A DNA stretch of 64,000 nt. Source: a virus. The notes beneath the pieces are model-generated. The model had not been told where the DNA came from, searched no databases, and saw only the letters and a list, made by a program, of their open reading frames with translations. The stretch is from positions 123,012 through 187,011 of IMG/VR virus record IMGVR_UViG_3300036766_002288; one strand, 5' to 3'. A program made the position numbers and the translations under genes. Below, piece after piece: positions 28,182-37,140 of the stretch (positions are counted from its first letter, which is position 1; the number at the start of each line of letters is the position of its first letter).

Positions 28182-28796
28182 ATGCGTAAACTTTTTGCTG
28201 CACTTTTTGTGCTAGTATTGTTCTCTGCGCCTGCATATTCACAAATACAACTAAAATTAGAAGACTGTGTTTCAAATGAAACACATGACGGCGGTGGCTA
28301 TTGTGCTTGGTGTTGCATTGAAACATTAGGCAGGCATCATAAAATCAAATCACTTTATGGGCTAAAAGATAAACGTTCATATGAATCAGATTTCAAAACT
28401 TGGGATGCGAAGAACAAGAAGTGGATTATTGAACCATATGTTTGGGTGGATCATGGCAATTATAAAGAGAAAGTGCATCGCGGTCCAGGTGATTATACAG
28501 CCATGAAACAAAAATTAGATGCGGCGAATGTAAAATACCGAATTCAAGAAACTGGCATTTTCAAAACCGACATTATCAAGTATGCTGTCAAAGACAAGTT
28601 CGGCTGCATGATTGTTGTCAACAACTGGTCTGGCAATAGTCCTACCGTCCCACATGCAGTCTGTATTCAGGATTATGATGATGATAAATTGGTGATTTTT
28701 GACCCCAATGATCTTGAACATAATTACCATATTACATGGAATTGGTTTAGGTCACATTGGACTGGCTACGTTCTAGTTGTAGAAGGAAGTAAATGA
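28182..28796 (+). CDS. exported papain-like/C39-like cysteine peptidase
   Basis: signal peptide; GYCAWC catalytic Cys, HAV His, FDPN. Confidence 0.6.
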   Translation: MRKLFAALFVLVLFSAPAYSQIQLKLEDCVSNETHDGGGYCAWCCIETLGRHHKIKSLYGLKDKRSYESDFKTWDAKNKKWIIEPYVWVDHGNYKEKVHRGPGDYTAMKQKLDAANVKYRIQETGIFKTDIIKYAVKDKFGCMIVVNNWSGNSPTVPHAVCIQDYDDDKLVIFDPNDLEHNYHITWNWFRSHWTGYVLVVEGSK

Positions 28797-29941
28797 TGAA
28801 CGCATTGCTTATTTTGTCTTTAGCATTATCTGCAACCCCACAAGATGTTGTTTCATTGGCAGAGAAGGACGGTCAGACCATAGCAGGGACTAGATATCTA
28901 TCTCTGCATGATATTGATGAGGAAAACCGCGAAGATTACAAATCGGTAGTGTCTTTCATTCTTAATTCCTTGAGTAAAGAAGAAGTCATAACAGTCCCAG
29001 ACTTTGTAGATGATGAAAAACTATTAATTAGATTCAATATTGAAAATTATAAAATAGCCAAATCAGGCTATGATTCTTTAGGTGTTGATAAACAACTAGT
29101 ATCCAATAAATTGAATAAAATTCTTCAATGTGAGAACCCTATACTAAGGGTCGAGCATTTCATTGTTAAGGCTTTATCTGCACAATCTTATTATAAGTTG
29201 TTAGGAGTTAAGACTTTAGAGGAATTCAGACGTAGAGCAGGATTTAATCCGAAGGTTCTTGGGGAGCATGGGGTTGTGCTTGATAGTATGGTGTGTGTTA
29301 ATAGCCAGCAGATAAGACGGTCTCCGACTTTAACGGGATATATCTGGGAGGCAAGAGTGACTAAGCAAGATTATTTAAAGAATTTGCTTAGTGAAGAATT
29401 TGATTCTATTCAAGTTTTGGCATCTGGTAATAATGGGTTATTGTTGTATTTTGCAGCGGATTCTAAAGGTGAACTACAAGAATCCCTAGATTGCAAATTA
29501 ACTATGGACAATAGTGGAATCAATAGAGACTCTATTGTTCGTATTTCCAGTAGTTGTGTTGCATGTCATGCGAGTAAAGGCATATTGCCATTTAAAGACG
29601 TAATTAGGGATTCACGTATTGGCGTAGTGGGAGATGCCAAATTGATGGAAAAATTGGCACAATTTTACGGTGCGGACTTTCCTTTCAAAAAGGACATGGC
29701 TCGCTATCAAAAGTCTCTTGCTAAAGCAACTGACATGGAGCCAGAGAAATTCCAAAAGGCGCTTATTAAAGTTTTCCAGAATTACCACAGTGATTTGACA
29801 TTTAAACAAGTGGCGAAGTATCTTGGTAAATCAGAGCAGGAACTTACGAGATTGTGCAAGGATAACACGGACATATACTGGATTAAGTTGTTGTTGGATG
29901 GTAAGATAAGTAGGTCTAGATTCAACGAAATATTAGAATAA
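28793..29941 (+). CDS. exported protein with single CxxCH (putative c-type cytochrome)
   Basis: signal peptide; CVACH at 29555-29569. Confidence 0.5.
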   Translation: MMNALLILSLALSATPQDVVSLAEKDGQTIAGTRYLSLHDIDEENREDYKSVVSFILNSLSKEEVITVPDFVDDEKLLIRFNIENYKIAKSGYDSLGVDKQLVSNKLNKILQCENPILRVEHFIVKALSAQSYYKLLGVKTLEEFRRRAGFNPKVLGEHGVVLDSMVCVNSQQIRRSPTLTGYIWEARVTKQDYLKNLLSEEFDSIQVLASGNNGLLLYFAADSKGELQESLDCKLTMDNSGINRDSIVRISSSCVACHASKGILPFKDVIRDSRIGVVGDAKLMEKLAQFYGADFPFKKDMARYQKSLAKATDMEPEKFQKALIKVFQNYHSDLTFKQVAKYLGKSEQELTRLCKDNTDIYWIKLLLDGKISRSRFNEILE

Positions 29942-29996
29942 CTCCATTATATTAGCATTACTTCACTACTATATAGTGATGCTAATATAATGGAGT
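29941..29996 (+). promoter_or_regulatory. hairpin sequestering SD of HNH gene
   Basis: 18-bp perfect inverted repeat; 3' arm contains GGAG two nt before ATG 29998. Confidence 0.7.
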
Positions 29997-29997
29997 A

Positions 29998-30657
29998 ATG
30001 ATGTTAATTAGTGATAGGTCTGTAGATGGTAAACTTATAGAGGATTTGACGCCTTCTAGTGAAAGAAGAGTATTGGCAAAGTGCGACAAATGTGGGATTG
30101 TAAAGGAGTTAATATATGCTAATTACTCTCGGTCACAGGTTAAGAATGGATATAATGGACTGACATATTGCAGGAAGTGTGTAACTCAATTCAATGGTAT
30201 AAAACGTCGTGGTAAAGTGCCCCATAATAAAGGCAAGAAACTAAAAGCCGAACAAAAAGGTGTAAATCATCCAAGTTGGAAAGGTGGAAAGTATGTTGAT
30301 GGCAACGGATATGTAATGGTTTACATTGGTGATAATAGTTCAGAAATTGGGTGGAACTCCTACAGGAAAGAGCATACAATTGTTGTTGAAGACTTTTTGA
30401 ATAGGAAGTTGGCCGTAGATGAGGTGATTCACCATATTGATGGTGATAAAACAGAAAACCAAATAGAAAATTTATGGCTGACAGATGGGGTTGGGCATAG
30501 AAAAGCACATAATTCTTTGCAGAATATTGGGTATGTTCTTTACAAAAAAGGCATAATAGGTTTTGATAAAACTCAAGGTTTTTATTTTTTGAAGGATAAT
30601 CATGAGAATTTTGAAAGCTCCGAAGGTTTACTTGGTTGCTCGTCCTCAGATTGTTGA
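29998..30657 (+). CDS. HNH homing endonuclease
   Basis: IHHIDGDKTENQIENL; N-terminal CxxC pairs; HPSWKGG. Confidence 0.85.
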   Translation: MMLISDRSVDGKLIEDLTPSSERRVLAKCDKCGIVKELIYANYSRSQVKNGYNGLTYCRKCVTQFNGIKRRGKVPHNKGKKLKAEQKGVNHPSWKGGKYVDGNGYVMVYIGDNSSEIGWNSYRKEHTIVVEDFLNRKLAVDEVIHHIDGDKTENQIENLWLTDGVGHRKAHNSLQNIGYVLYKKGIIGFDKTQGFYFLKDNHENFESSEGLLGCSSSDC

Positions 30658-31477
30658 AGAAGGTCTAAACGATTTTCTGAAAGATCAAAAACTTGATTGG
30701 CCTACTCCCACCGAAGGTGTGAAGGGTGCAGAGCGTTTGGTGGAGTTATCTGGCCGCTGTTGTTATATGTCTTTTGGAAAAAAGGCAGGCAGTAAGACCA
30801 ATAGGAAGTATATCCAAAATCTACTTGGCAGAGAAGAAGATGGAAGTTTTAAGCCAGGCCCTGCACATGGCTCTGTTTGTGAACATCCTTGTTGGAGTTT
30901 CTTAATTGTAGGTGCAGGACGTGGATTTACTCATGAGCAAGTAAGGCATCGGACGGGGTGGGCATATTCACAGCTTAGTACACGTTACTGTGATTTTGAA
31001 AGAGAAGAGGAAGAAGGAACTTGGGAGCCTGGTTTCTGTGTGCCACCTCTTGCTCAATTAAGCGAAGAAGCGACAATCGCATTTAATGAAAAAATCAAAA
31101 AGAGCCAACAGGCTTATTGCGAATTATTAGCTTTAATTGAGAATGATTTAAAAAATAGCAAACTCTTTATGGATACTCTTTCTGGATATGAGGAAAGGGA
31201 GCGTAAGAGGATGTTAAGGAAAGCTGCCCGTGGTGCAGCGAGAGATATCTTACCGATTGCCACTGAAGCAATCATGGTCATGAGTGCTAATGCTAGGGCT
31301 ATATGGAACTGCATTTATCTTCGTGCTAATGAACATGCGGAAGCGGTGATAAGAGATATATATGTTCAGATAGCAAAGATAATGGAAGCCGAGATGCCAG
31401 CATTATTCAACAATATCAAGTATGAGAAGTGTTGGGACGGTAGTGAAGTTGTTATCATGCCTAGAGATAAATTATAG
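30602..31477 (+). CDS. thyX: FAD-dependent thymidylate synthase
   Basis: GRCCYMS, HGSVCEH, RGFTHEQVRHR, YSQLSTRY, ARGAARDILP. Confidence 0.92.
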   Translation: MRILKAPKVYLVARPQIVEEGLNDFLKDQKLDWPTPTEGVKGAERLVELSGRCCYMSFGKKAGSKTNRKYIQNLLGREEDGSFKPGPAHGSVCEHPCWSFLIVGAGRGFTHEQVRHRTGWAYSQLSTRYCDFEREEEEGTWEPGFCVPPLAQLSEEATIAFNEKIKKSQQAYCELLALIENDLKNSKLFMDTLSGYEERERKRMLRKAARGAARDILPIATEAIMVMSANARAIWNCIYLRANEHAEAVIRDIYVQIAKIMEAEMPALFNNIKYEKCWDGSEVVIMPRDKL

Positions 31478-31487
31478 GAGTCAAAAC

Positions 31488-31664
31488 ATGGAAAGAGAAA
31501 CTTTTAGCAGACTTGAAGAAGAAATTGATTATTATGCCTACAATTCTAGAGAGAAGACCATAGCAAAGGCTATAAGAAGAGGCATGTATTCTGGGATACT
31601 TATAGGTTTCATTGCTGGTATGACTGTTGCTATTTACATGATGCTTTATGCTTGGAGAATTTGA
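31488..31664 (+). CDS. small membrane protein
   Basis: SD AGGAG, C-terminal TM. Confidence 0.5.
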   Translation: MERETFSRLEEEIDYYAYNSREKTIAKAIRRGMYSGILIGFIAGMTVAIYMMLYAWRI

Positions 31665-31666
31665 TT

Positions 31667-32122
31667 ATGAGTTGGCTTAAACAACAAAAGAAAAAATTTG
31701 ATGAACGAGATGCCGAAATAGAGGAAGAAAGAAAGAAAGAAAAAACTAATAGCATTGCGAGGCAAGTGGCAGCGATTTCAGAGTTAAAATCGTTTGTTAA
31801 TAATAATTTGAAAGAATTGGTCGGTAAAAAAACCAAGGATGGCAACAAGATCAGTATCAAATGGGATGAAAACCTAGTAACATTAATGGCTGGCAAAGAG
31901 CCATTAATGGAACTGTATTTTACTTCAAGGGAGGAAGAGGATACTGATAGGGATGGTTATTCATGTGGTAATGGTAAATATTATACTAGTAAACAAGTGA
32001 AGTATCATCGTGAATGGCCGTGTAAAGGTTATGCAATGTGCAAGGGTGGATCATATTCTGGAATGGAATCATTTAATGAAGATAGAGTAGCAGAGTATTT
32101 GCTTAAATTTATCAATGTATAA
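31667..32122 (+). CDS. hypothetical protein
   Basis: ORF in operon. Confidence 0.55.
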   Translation: MSWLKQQKKKFDERDAEIEEERKKEKTNSIARQVAAISELKSFVNNNLKELVGKKTKDGNKISIKWDENLVTLMAGKEPLMELYFTSREEEDTDRDGYSCGNGKYYTSKQVKYHREWPCKGYAMCKGGSYSGMESFNEDRVAEYLLKFINV

Positions 32123-32134
32123 CTATTTTAGGGG

Positions 32135-32608
32135 ATGAATACATTATTATTTTGTTTACTATTACAGAATCCTATGATTGACCTAGTGAAAGAAGGAAAA
32201 GTAGCCACCTTGTCAACAACTTATGACAAGGTGGCTTTTGGTTCGTTATCACCATACGTTTTAGACAGTAAGGGCAATCCAGTTATTTTTGTAAGTGACA
32301 TGGCACTTCATACGAAGAACCTTAAAAAAGACCCAAAATGTAGTTTGATGATTGCCAAGTTAAGTAAAGACGACATTTTTAACAGTGCTAGGATTACTTT
32401 TGTTGGTAAGATGGTCAAGGTGCCAGATAAGGAATTAGACGTAATTAGAAAGATTTATCTGGAAAAATACCCTGCTGCTAAGAACTTTGTTGAACTTGAA
32501 GACTTCGCTTTTTATAGATTAGAAATAGACAAGATTTATTGGGTCGGCGGGTTTGGTGATATAGAATGGATTGATGTTAAGGAGTACTTAGAGAATTTCA
32601 ATGAATAA
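32135..32608 (+). CDS. pyridoxamine 5'-phosphate oxidase/HugZ-like split-barrel protein
   Basis: ATLST, SDMALHTKNL, RITFVG, DFAFYRL, VGGFG. Confidence 0.8.
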   Translation: MNTLLFCLLLQNPMIDLVKEGKVATLSTTYDKVAFGSLSPYVLDSKGNPVIFVSDMALHTKNLKKDPKCSLMIAKLSKDDIFNSARITFVGKMVKVPDKELDVIRKIYLEKYPAAKNFVELEDFAFYRLEIDKIYWVGGFGDIEWIDVKEYLENFNE

Positions 32609-32852
32609 AGATGCCGAAGAAATATTGCGTTTATACGAAACGTGCTATGCATACAATGAGTCTTTTAATTTTTACTATAAGCAAACGATGCCAAGATGTG
32701 AGTGTGAGGAATTTATAACAAGAAGAAATGTATGTAAAGGCGGTCATTGGGTTGTGCGACGTAAAATAGTCTATCAAGAGCATTTCGAGTTATTAAAAGA
32801 TAAAATTTGTGCGGGGGATGGGAGTGAATTGTATACATATGGACCTGATTAA
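32601..32852 (+). CDS. hypothetical protein
   Basis: overlapping ORF. Confidence 0.45.
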   Translation: MNKDAEEILRLYETCYAYNESFNFYYKQTMPRCECEEFITRRNVCKGGHWVVRRKIVYQEHFELLKDKICAGDGSELYTYGPD

Positions 32853-34224
32853 TGAATTTTCTAACCGTTTGCAAGAAAATAAAAGGTCTATATTTATTCA
32901 TGTGATTGGCGACTCGATGTTGGATCAGGATTATAGAGTTAATACTAATCGTATCTCCCCAGAATGTCCTAATGTAAATGTCCTCCAATCACCAGATGAT
33001 AAGCCATTTAGACAATTCCCAGGTGGTGCGGCTAATGTCTGCTATCAGCTAAGCAATTTCAATGTAATTTGTCGTTTATTCTCCTTCATAGATGAAGAAG
33101 CCTACCAAATCATCAGGGATAAGGGTGTTAAATATTGGGGGTTAGTGGGACTTCCACATGGTTATTTTGTGCCAAGGAAGAAGCGTTTCTATGCTCAAGG
33201 ATTTCAAGTAGTCTCTAGGTGGGATATAGAAAGGACTAATTATGGTATCGAATTTTTGGGAAACTTACAGAGTGAATTGCTCGATACTTGGCAAGTGTTC
33301 CAGGCAGAGCCAGATGTTATCATATTTTCCGATTATGATAAAGGTGTATTCAATAATTTTAGCATTAGCAGGATTAAGACTAATGCAATCACGATTGTAG
33401 ACCCTAAAGCCGCTCCATTAGAGCGGTGGAAAGGTTGCACGGTTTTCAAACCAAACAGTAAGGAAGCACGCGACCTGAGCGGTAAACAAGATTGGAAATC
33501 TCAGTGCGAATATTTCCAGCAAGTATTAGGCTGTAAGGTTGTAATTATAACCCAAGCAGGGGACGGCATTGTTGGTAAGACCGATGATTATTTCGAGTAT
33601 AGACCTAAGCTTAATATTACTCCAGTTGATATCGTAGGGGCGGGGGACTGTTTTGCTGGCATTCTAGCATTAGCGATGGCAATGGGGTTTAACGCTGAAC
33701 AATCTGCCATGATTGCTTTTCATGGTGGCATATTGTGTGTTCAGCAGAAAGAACGTGGTAGTTTTGGTCCCTGGTCATTTGGTAATAAGATCGTTAAGAA
33801 TGTTGATTTCCTGAAGGATAGAAACTACAAGCTGATATTCACCAATGGAGTTTTTGATTTACTACACACTTCTCACATTAATATGCTCAAATTTGCCAAG
33901 GCTCAAGGGGATAAGTTAATTGTTGCTTTGAACAGTGATGCTAGTGTTAAAAGGCTTAAAGGAGAGTCTAGACCTATTATCCCCTTAAAAAATAGGATGG
34001 AAGTTATTGCAGCTTTGGAATGCGTTGATTATGTAACCAGTTTTGAAGAGGATACGCCGCTTGAATTAGTCAAGCGGCTTAATCCAATTATGGTCAAAGG
34101 CGGCGATTACAGGAAGGAAGATATTGCTGGTTACGAAGTAGTAGGCCAAGACAACATTATTCTGTACCCGTATGAGCAGGGCAATTCCACTAGTCGTATC
34201 ATTCAGCAAATGAATTCAGAGTAA
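32839..34224 (+). CDS. hldE: bifunctional heptose-7-P kinase / heptose-1-P adenylyltransferase
   Basis: VIGDSMLD, GGAANV, SDYDKG, VDPK, KPN, DIVGAGD; FTNGVFDLLH, ALNSDASVKRLKG, STSRII. Confidence 0.92.
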   Translation: MDLINEFSNRLQENKRSIFIHVIGDSMLDQDYRVNTNRISPECPNVNVLQSPDDKPFRQFPGGAANVCYQLSNFNVICRLFSFIDEEAYQIIRDKGVKYWGLVGLPHGYFVPRKKRFYAQGFQVVSRWDIERTNYGIEFLGNLQSELLDTWQVFQAEPDVIIFSDYDKGVFNNFSISRIKTNAITIVDPKAAPLERWKGCTVFKPNSKEARDLSGKQDWKSQCEYFQQVLGCKVVIITQAGDGIVGKTDDYFEYRPKLNITPVDIVGAGDCFAGILALAMAMGFNAEQSAMIAFHGGILCVQQKERGSFGPWSFGNKIVKNVDFLKDRNYKLIFTNGVFDLLHTSHINMLKFAKAQGDKLIVALNSDASVKRLKGESRPIIPLKNRMEVIAALECVDYVTSFEEDTPLELVKRLNPIMVKGGDYRKEDIAGYEVVGQDNIILYPYEQGNSTSRIIQQMNSE

Positions 34225-34436
34225 TACTCACGTTTCGCGTCTGGACTCATGTTTTCTATTCTGGCATTTTCTTCCAATGTAGATTTAATGGAATTGTTTA
34301 AGGCATCCGCAAGTTTATCAGTCATGTTTAACCAATAATTTTGATTTTTGCCTTTTGAATCCATAATGGTAAAACAAATCCTTTTACCTTTTACTTCAAA
34401 TGAAACGCCAGACAGGTTTGAAGTGTAAATTTTCAT
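34203..34436 (-). CDS. hypothetical protein
   Basis: ORF in minus-strand run. Confidence 0.45.
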   Translation of the reverse strand: MKIYTSNLSGVSFEVKGKRICFTIMDSKGKNQNYWLNMTDKLADALNNSIKSTLEENARIENMSPDAKREYYSEFIC

Positions 34437-34445
34437 GTTTTAATC

Positions 34446-34715
34446 TCACTTTTTGTCAGGTGGATGTTGTTGTCTTTTGCCTTGATCTGGTTGACAACAA
34501 TCCTTGCAACAGTCTCCCGCACAATCCTTTGGACAATTTTCGCACTTGCATTCCTTGCAACAGCACTTTTTGTGATGTGGGGCTAATTTGCCATGATGCC
34601 AAACCATTGGTGCTTTGCCCGTAATTACATCCCAATGCAAATAGGTCTCCCAGCCCGCCCAAGCTAAAACAACTAAAGCGGCAAGGAACGTAACTAAATT
34701 ATAGATTGCTTTCAT
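34446..34715 (-). CDS. membrane-anchored protein with metallothionein-like Cys cluster
   Basis: N-terminal TM, HHKKCCCKECKCENCPKDCAGDCCKDCC; SD AGGAG. Confidence 0.6.
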   Translation of the reverse strand: MKAIYNLVTFLAALVVLAWAGWETYLHWDVITGKAPMVWHHGKLAPHHKKCCCKECKCENCPKDCAGDCCKDCCQPDQGKRQQHPPDKK

Positions 34716-34760
34716 AAATTGACTCCTGTATAATAGGTTAATATTATTATACGGTGGTCG

Positions 34761-35042
34761 GTGAGAAAATCAAGGAAATACTCAAAACAACAATGCATTA
34801 AGCTGATAGACAAAGAGTGTCTTTTCTGTGGCGAAAAAGAATATAAGTTGTTAGACTGTCATAGGATATATCCAGGTGAAAAAGGCGGAACTTATGTTCA
34901 ACGTAACACAATTACAAGCTGTGCAAACTGTCACAGAAAGATGCATGGTGGGCTAATCAGGGTTGTTGGGAAATATCTAGGCTCTGATGGCAGGTGGGTA
35001 GTTATCTATTTTGACGAGAATAATGTTGAACATTTGAAATAG
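34761..35042 (+). CDS. small HNH endonuclease
   Basis: CLFC...HRI...N...CANCH. Confidence 0.75.
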   Translation: MRKSRKYSKQQCIKLIDKECLFCGEKEYKLLDCHRIYPGEKGGTYVQRNTITSCANCHRKMHGGLIRVVGKYLGSDGRWVVIYFDENNVEHLK

Positions 35043-35050
35043 ATAGTTTG

Positions 35051-35260
35051 ATGAATTTCCGTGAATTTGCTATGAATGAGTTTTCAATTAGGGGTATCCA
35101 ATACCGTCCTAATTATGTTCCTTGCGGGATTCCTAAAAAGGGGAAGAAGGGTGGCCCTGGTAGCATGAATTTAGCGGCAGTAATTAACCCTTCTAGACCT
35201 TACCAACCTACATTCAGAATGGGTAAGTCGCATGTCAAGAGTCAGATTGCGATGAAGTAG
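35051..35260 (+). CDS. small basic protein, T4 IP-like N-terminus
   Basis: MNFREFAMNE. Confidence 0.45.
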   Translation: MNFREFAMNEFSIRGIQYRPNYVPCGIPKKGKKGGPGSMNLAAVINPSRPYQPTFRMGKSHVKSQIAMK

Positions 35261-35450
35261 GTTCTTCTATGTAGTAGCAATATTGTATCCCTATGATTTT
35301 CGCAATATCATCATCCAAGGATGAACCGTTGCATACTGTTGGTGGGGCACCATGAGCTAAAAGGTCATTAATGATTTCTTTTGGGTCGATTCCCATAGCT
35401 TCAGCTATTGTCTTTATCATCCAAGGTTTTTTGACTTTTAGCGTTATCAT
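35235..35450 (-). CDS. stand-alone IF2 N-terminal-domain-like protein
   Basis: IKTIAEAMGIDPKEIINDLLAHG...SLDDDIAKIIG matches IF2_N pattern; SD AGGAG. Confidence 0.6.
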   Translation of the reverse strand: MITLKVKKPWMIKTIAEAMGIDPKEIINDLLAHGAPPTVCNGSSLDDDIAKIIGIQYCYYIEEPTSSQSDS

Positions 35451-35640
35451 CTTCTCTCCTTTGAAAAAAGCTTTTGCCATCTCCACCTCTAGGTGTATGT
35501 AAGTCATTATTGGAGTCTTTTACACACCAATCAATAAATTTGATTACATCCGCATTGCTTTCATTACCATCAAATAACCAATGACAGTATTTGGTTGTTA
35601 AGTGTTCTACAAAATCTTCGATAAAATCAGCTTGATTCAT
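35401..35640 (-). CDS. hypothetical protein
   Basis: coupled ORF. Confidence 0.4.
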   Translation of the reverse strand: MNQADFIEDFVEHLTTKYCHWLFDGNESNADVIKFIDWCVKDSNNDLHTPRGGDGKSFFQRREDDNAKSQKTLDDKDNS

Positions 35641-35908
35641 TTTTGTGTAACTTTTTATAAGATTTCATTGCTTTGGCAAATGGTACGTTTCTAACTTTGC
35701 GACCTTTTCTATCATACCAACCTACGTGTTCAGGCCATTCACTATCATCTAACTCGCTCGATTGTATTTCCCACCAAGACCAAGTATCTACCGCAGAGTC
35801 TTTAATAAGCTCAACAGCTTTTTCTACACTTGATGTTAAGTAAAAAACCATTTCGTCTATATGGTTTTCCGAAAATATTTCATGATGTAGGACAATGTAA
35901 ATTTTCAT
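35627..35908 (-). CDS. hypothetical protein
   Basis: coupled ORF. Confidence 0.5.
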   Translation of the reverse strand: MKIYIVLHHEIFSENHIDEMVFYLTSSVEKAVELIKDSAVDTWSWWEIQSSELDDSEWPEHVGWYDRKGRKVRNVPFAKAMKSYKKLHKNESS

Positions 35909-36156
35909 TGCATGTGTGGTTTGGAGATTTCCCAGGCTTTGCTAATATTTTCTTTTGCAACACGTAATGCATTAGATGCAGCTAATAAGGAAGAGGCAAG
36001 TAAATACCTTTCTCTAACATAATCCGCAATTGAGTCAGCGTAAAGCTCATTGGCTAATTTATCTAGAAATTCTTCTAGTGCATCGTAACGAAGATGGGCA
36101 AGATCAGTGGCGAGTTTTTCTAAACCACCTTCATAATTAATTTCTGTATTGTGCAT
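35905..36156 (-). CDS. hypothetical protein
   Basis: coupled ORF. Confidence 0.5.
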   Translation of the reverse strand: MHNTEINYEGGLEKLATDLAHLRYDALEEFLDKLANELYADSIADYVRERYLLASSLLAASNALRVAKENISKAWEISKPHMQ

Positions 36157-36617
36157 TATTGTTCCTTTGATTGCATATAAATGCTATTTTTGCCCGCTGT
36201 AACTGACTCCTGGTATCTTCGACACGTTAAATTAAGTCTATATTTGCCGATGAAGCGATTGTATATGTAATTCCTGTTTACAACAAGCCAATCGCTATCT
36301 TCAACCAGTAGTAGTGTACCTATTGGGGGGATTAAACCCAACTTACTATATGCAACTTTGGCATTTACTTGAATCCCTATTTCATCAGGCTCATCAATAC
36401 CAAACGTATTAAGTTGCTGTTGTTTCGGATAATCATAGAACGCATAAATTAGCACGGGAGGTATTGCTACAAAGACAGTTCCTTCGAGATAAAGTTTTTC
36501 AACAGTTTTATCTCGCTTGCAATAACCTTTGATTGTAACTGGATGCCCTGCACTTTCGATCCAATAACCATCTACTTTTCTTAATACATTTTTTATAAAA
36601 TCAAATATAATTCTCAT
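36156..36617 (-). CDS. possible neck/head-closure protein (T4 gp14-like)
   Basis: FGIDEPDEI...PPIGTLL pattern; weak resemblance only. Confidence 0.4.
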   Translation of the reverse strand: MRIIFDFIKNVLRKVDGYWIESAGHPVTIKGYCKRDKTVEKLYLEGTVFVAIPPVLIYAFYDYPKQQQLNTFGIDEPDEIGIQVNAKVAYSKLGLIPPIGTLLLVEDSDWLVVNRNYIYNRFIGKYRLNLTCRRYQESVTAGKNSIYMQSKEQ

Positions 36618-37140
36618 TTAATACTCCTAAGACTAAGTTAGCTACGTATTCATTGTTTTTGAATATTGCTTTTCGTTGGGTGCCTTCTACTTTAAACCCA
36701 GCGGCCTCGGCACATTTCACTGATACTTCATTAGTTATCAATATCTGAGCGTCAAGTCTGTGTAAATTCATTAATTTAAAGGCAAAAGCAACACCAGCAA
36801 TAACTAGCTTCTTACCATAGCCTTTTCCTCGCCAGCCCTGAAAGATATCCCAGCCCACATCCGCCTTCCTGTTTTGCCAATCAATATTGAAAAATTTAAA
36901 TACGCCACAATCGTAACCGCTAGTGTTTAATGAAACATTGGCAATGAGTATCAGAGTTCTGGGACATTGTGTTTCTTGACTGATGGATTCAAGCCATTTT
37001 TCCTGACTAGTAAGGTTGGCATAGGTGACAGTATGCGTGCCGAAATGACTTTCATTCTTTAAATCAAGTAATTTAGCAGCATCACACTTATCTGCTTTAC
37101 GAAAGGCTATAGTGTTTGTATGTGTGTACAAATAACTCAT
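36601..37140 (-). CDS. GNAT acetyltransferase, RimJ/RimL/PseH type
   Basis: IDWQNRKADVG, WRGKGYG, LHRL, N-x-x-S, GFKVEG. Confidence 0.88.
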   Translation of the reverse strand: MSYLYTHTNTIAFRKADKCDAAKLLDLKNESHFGTHTVTYANLTSQEKWLESISQETQCPRTLILIANVSLNTSGYDCGVFKFFNIDWQNRKADVGWDIFQGWRGKGYGKKLVIAGVAFAFKLMNLHRLDAQILITNEVSVKCAEAAGFKVEGTQRKAIFKNNEYVANLVLGVLNENYI

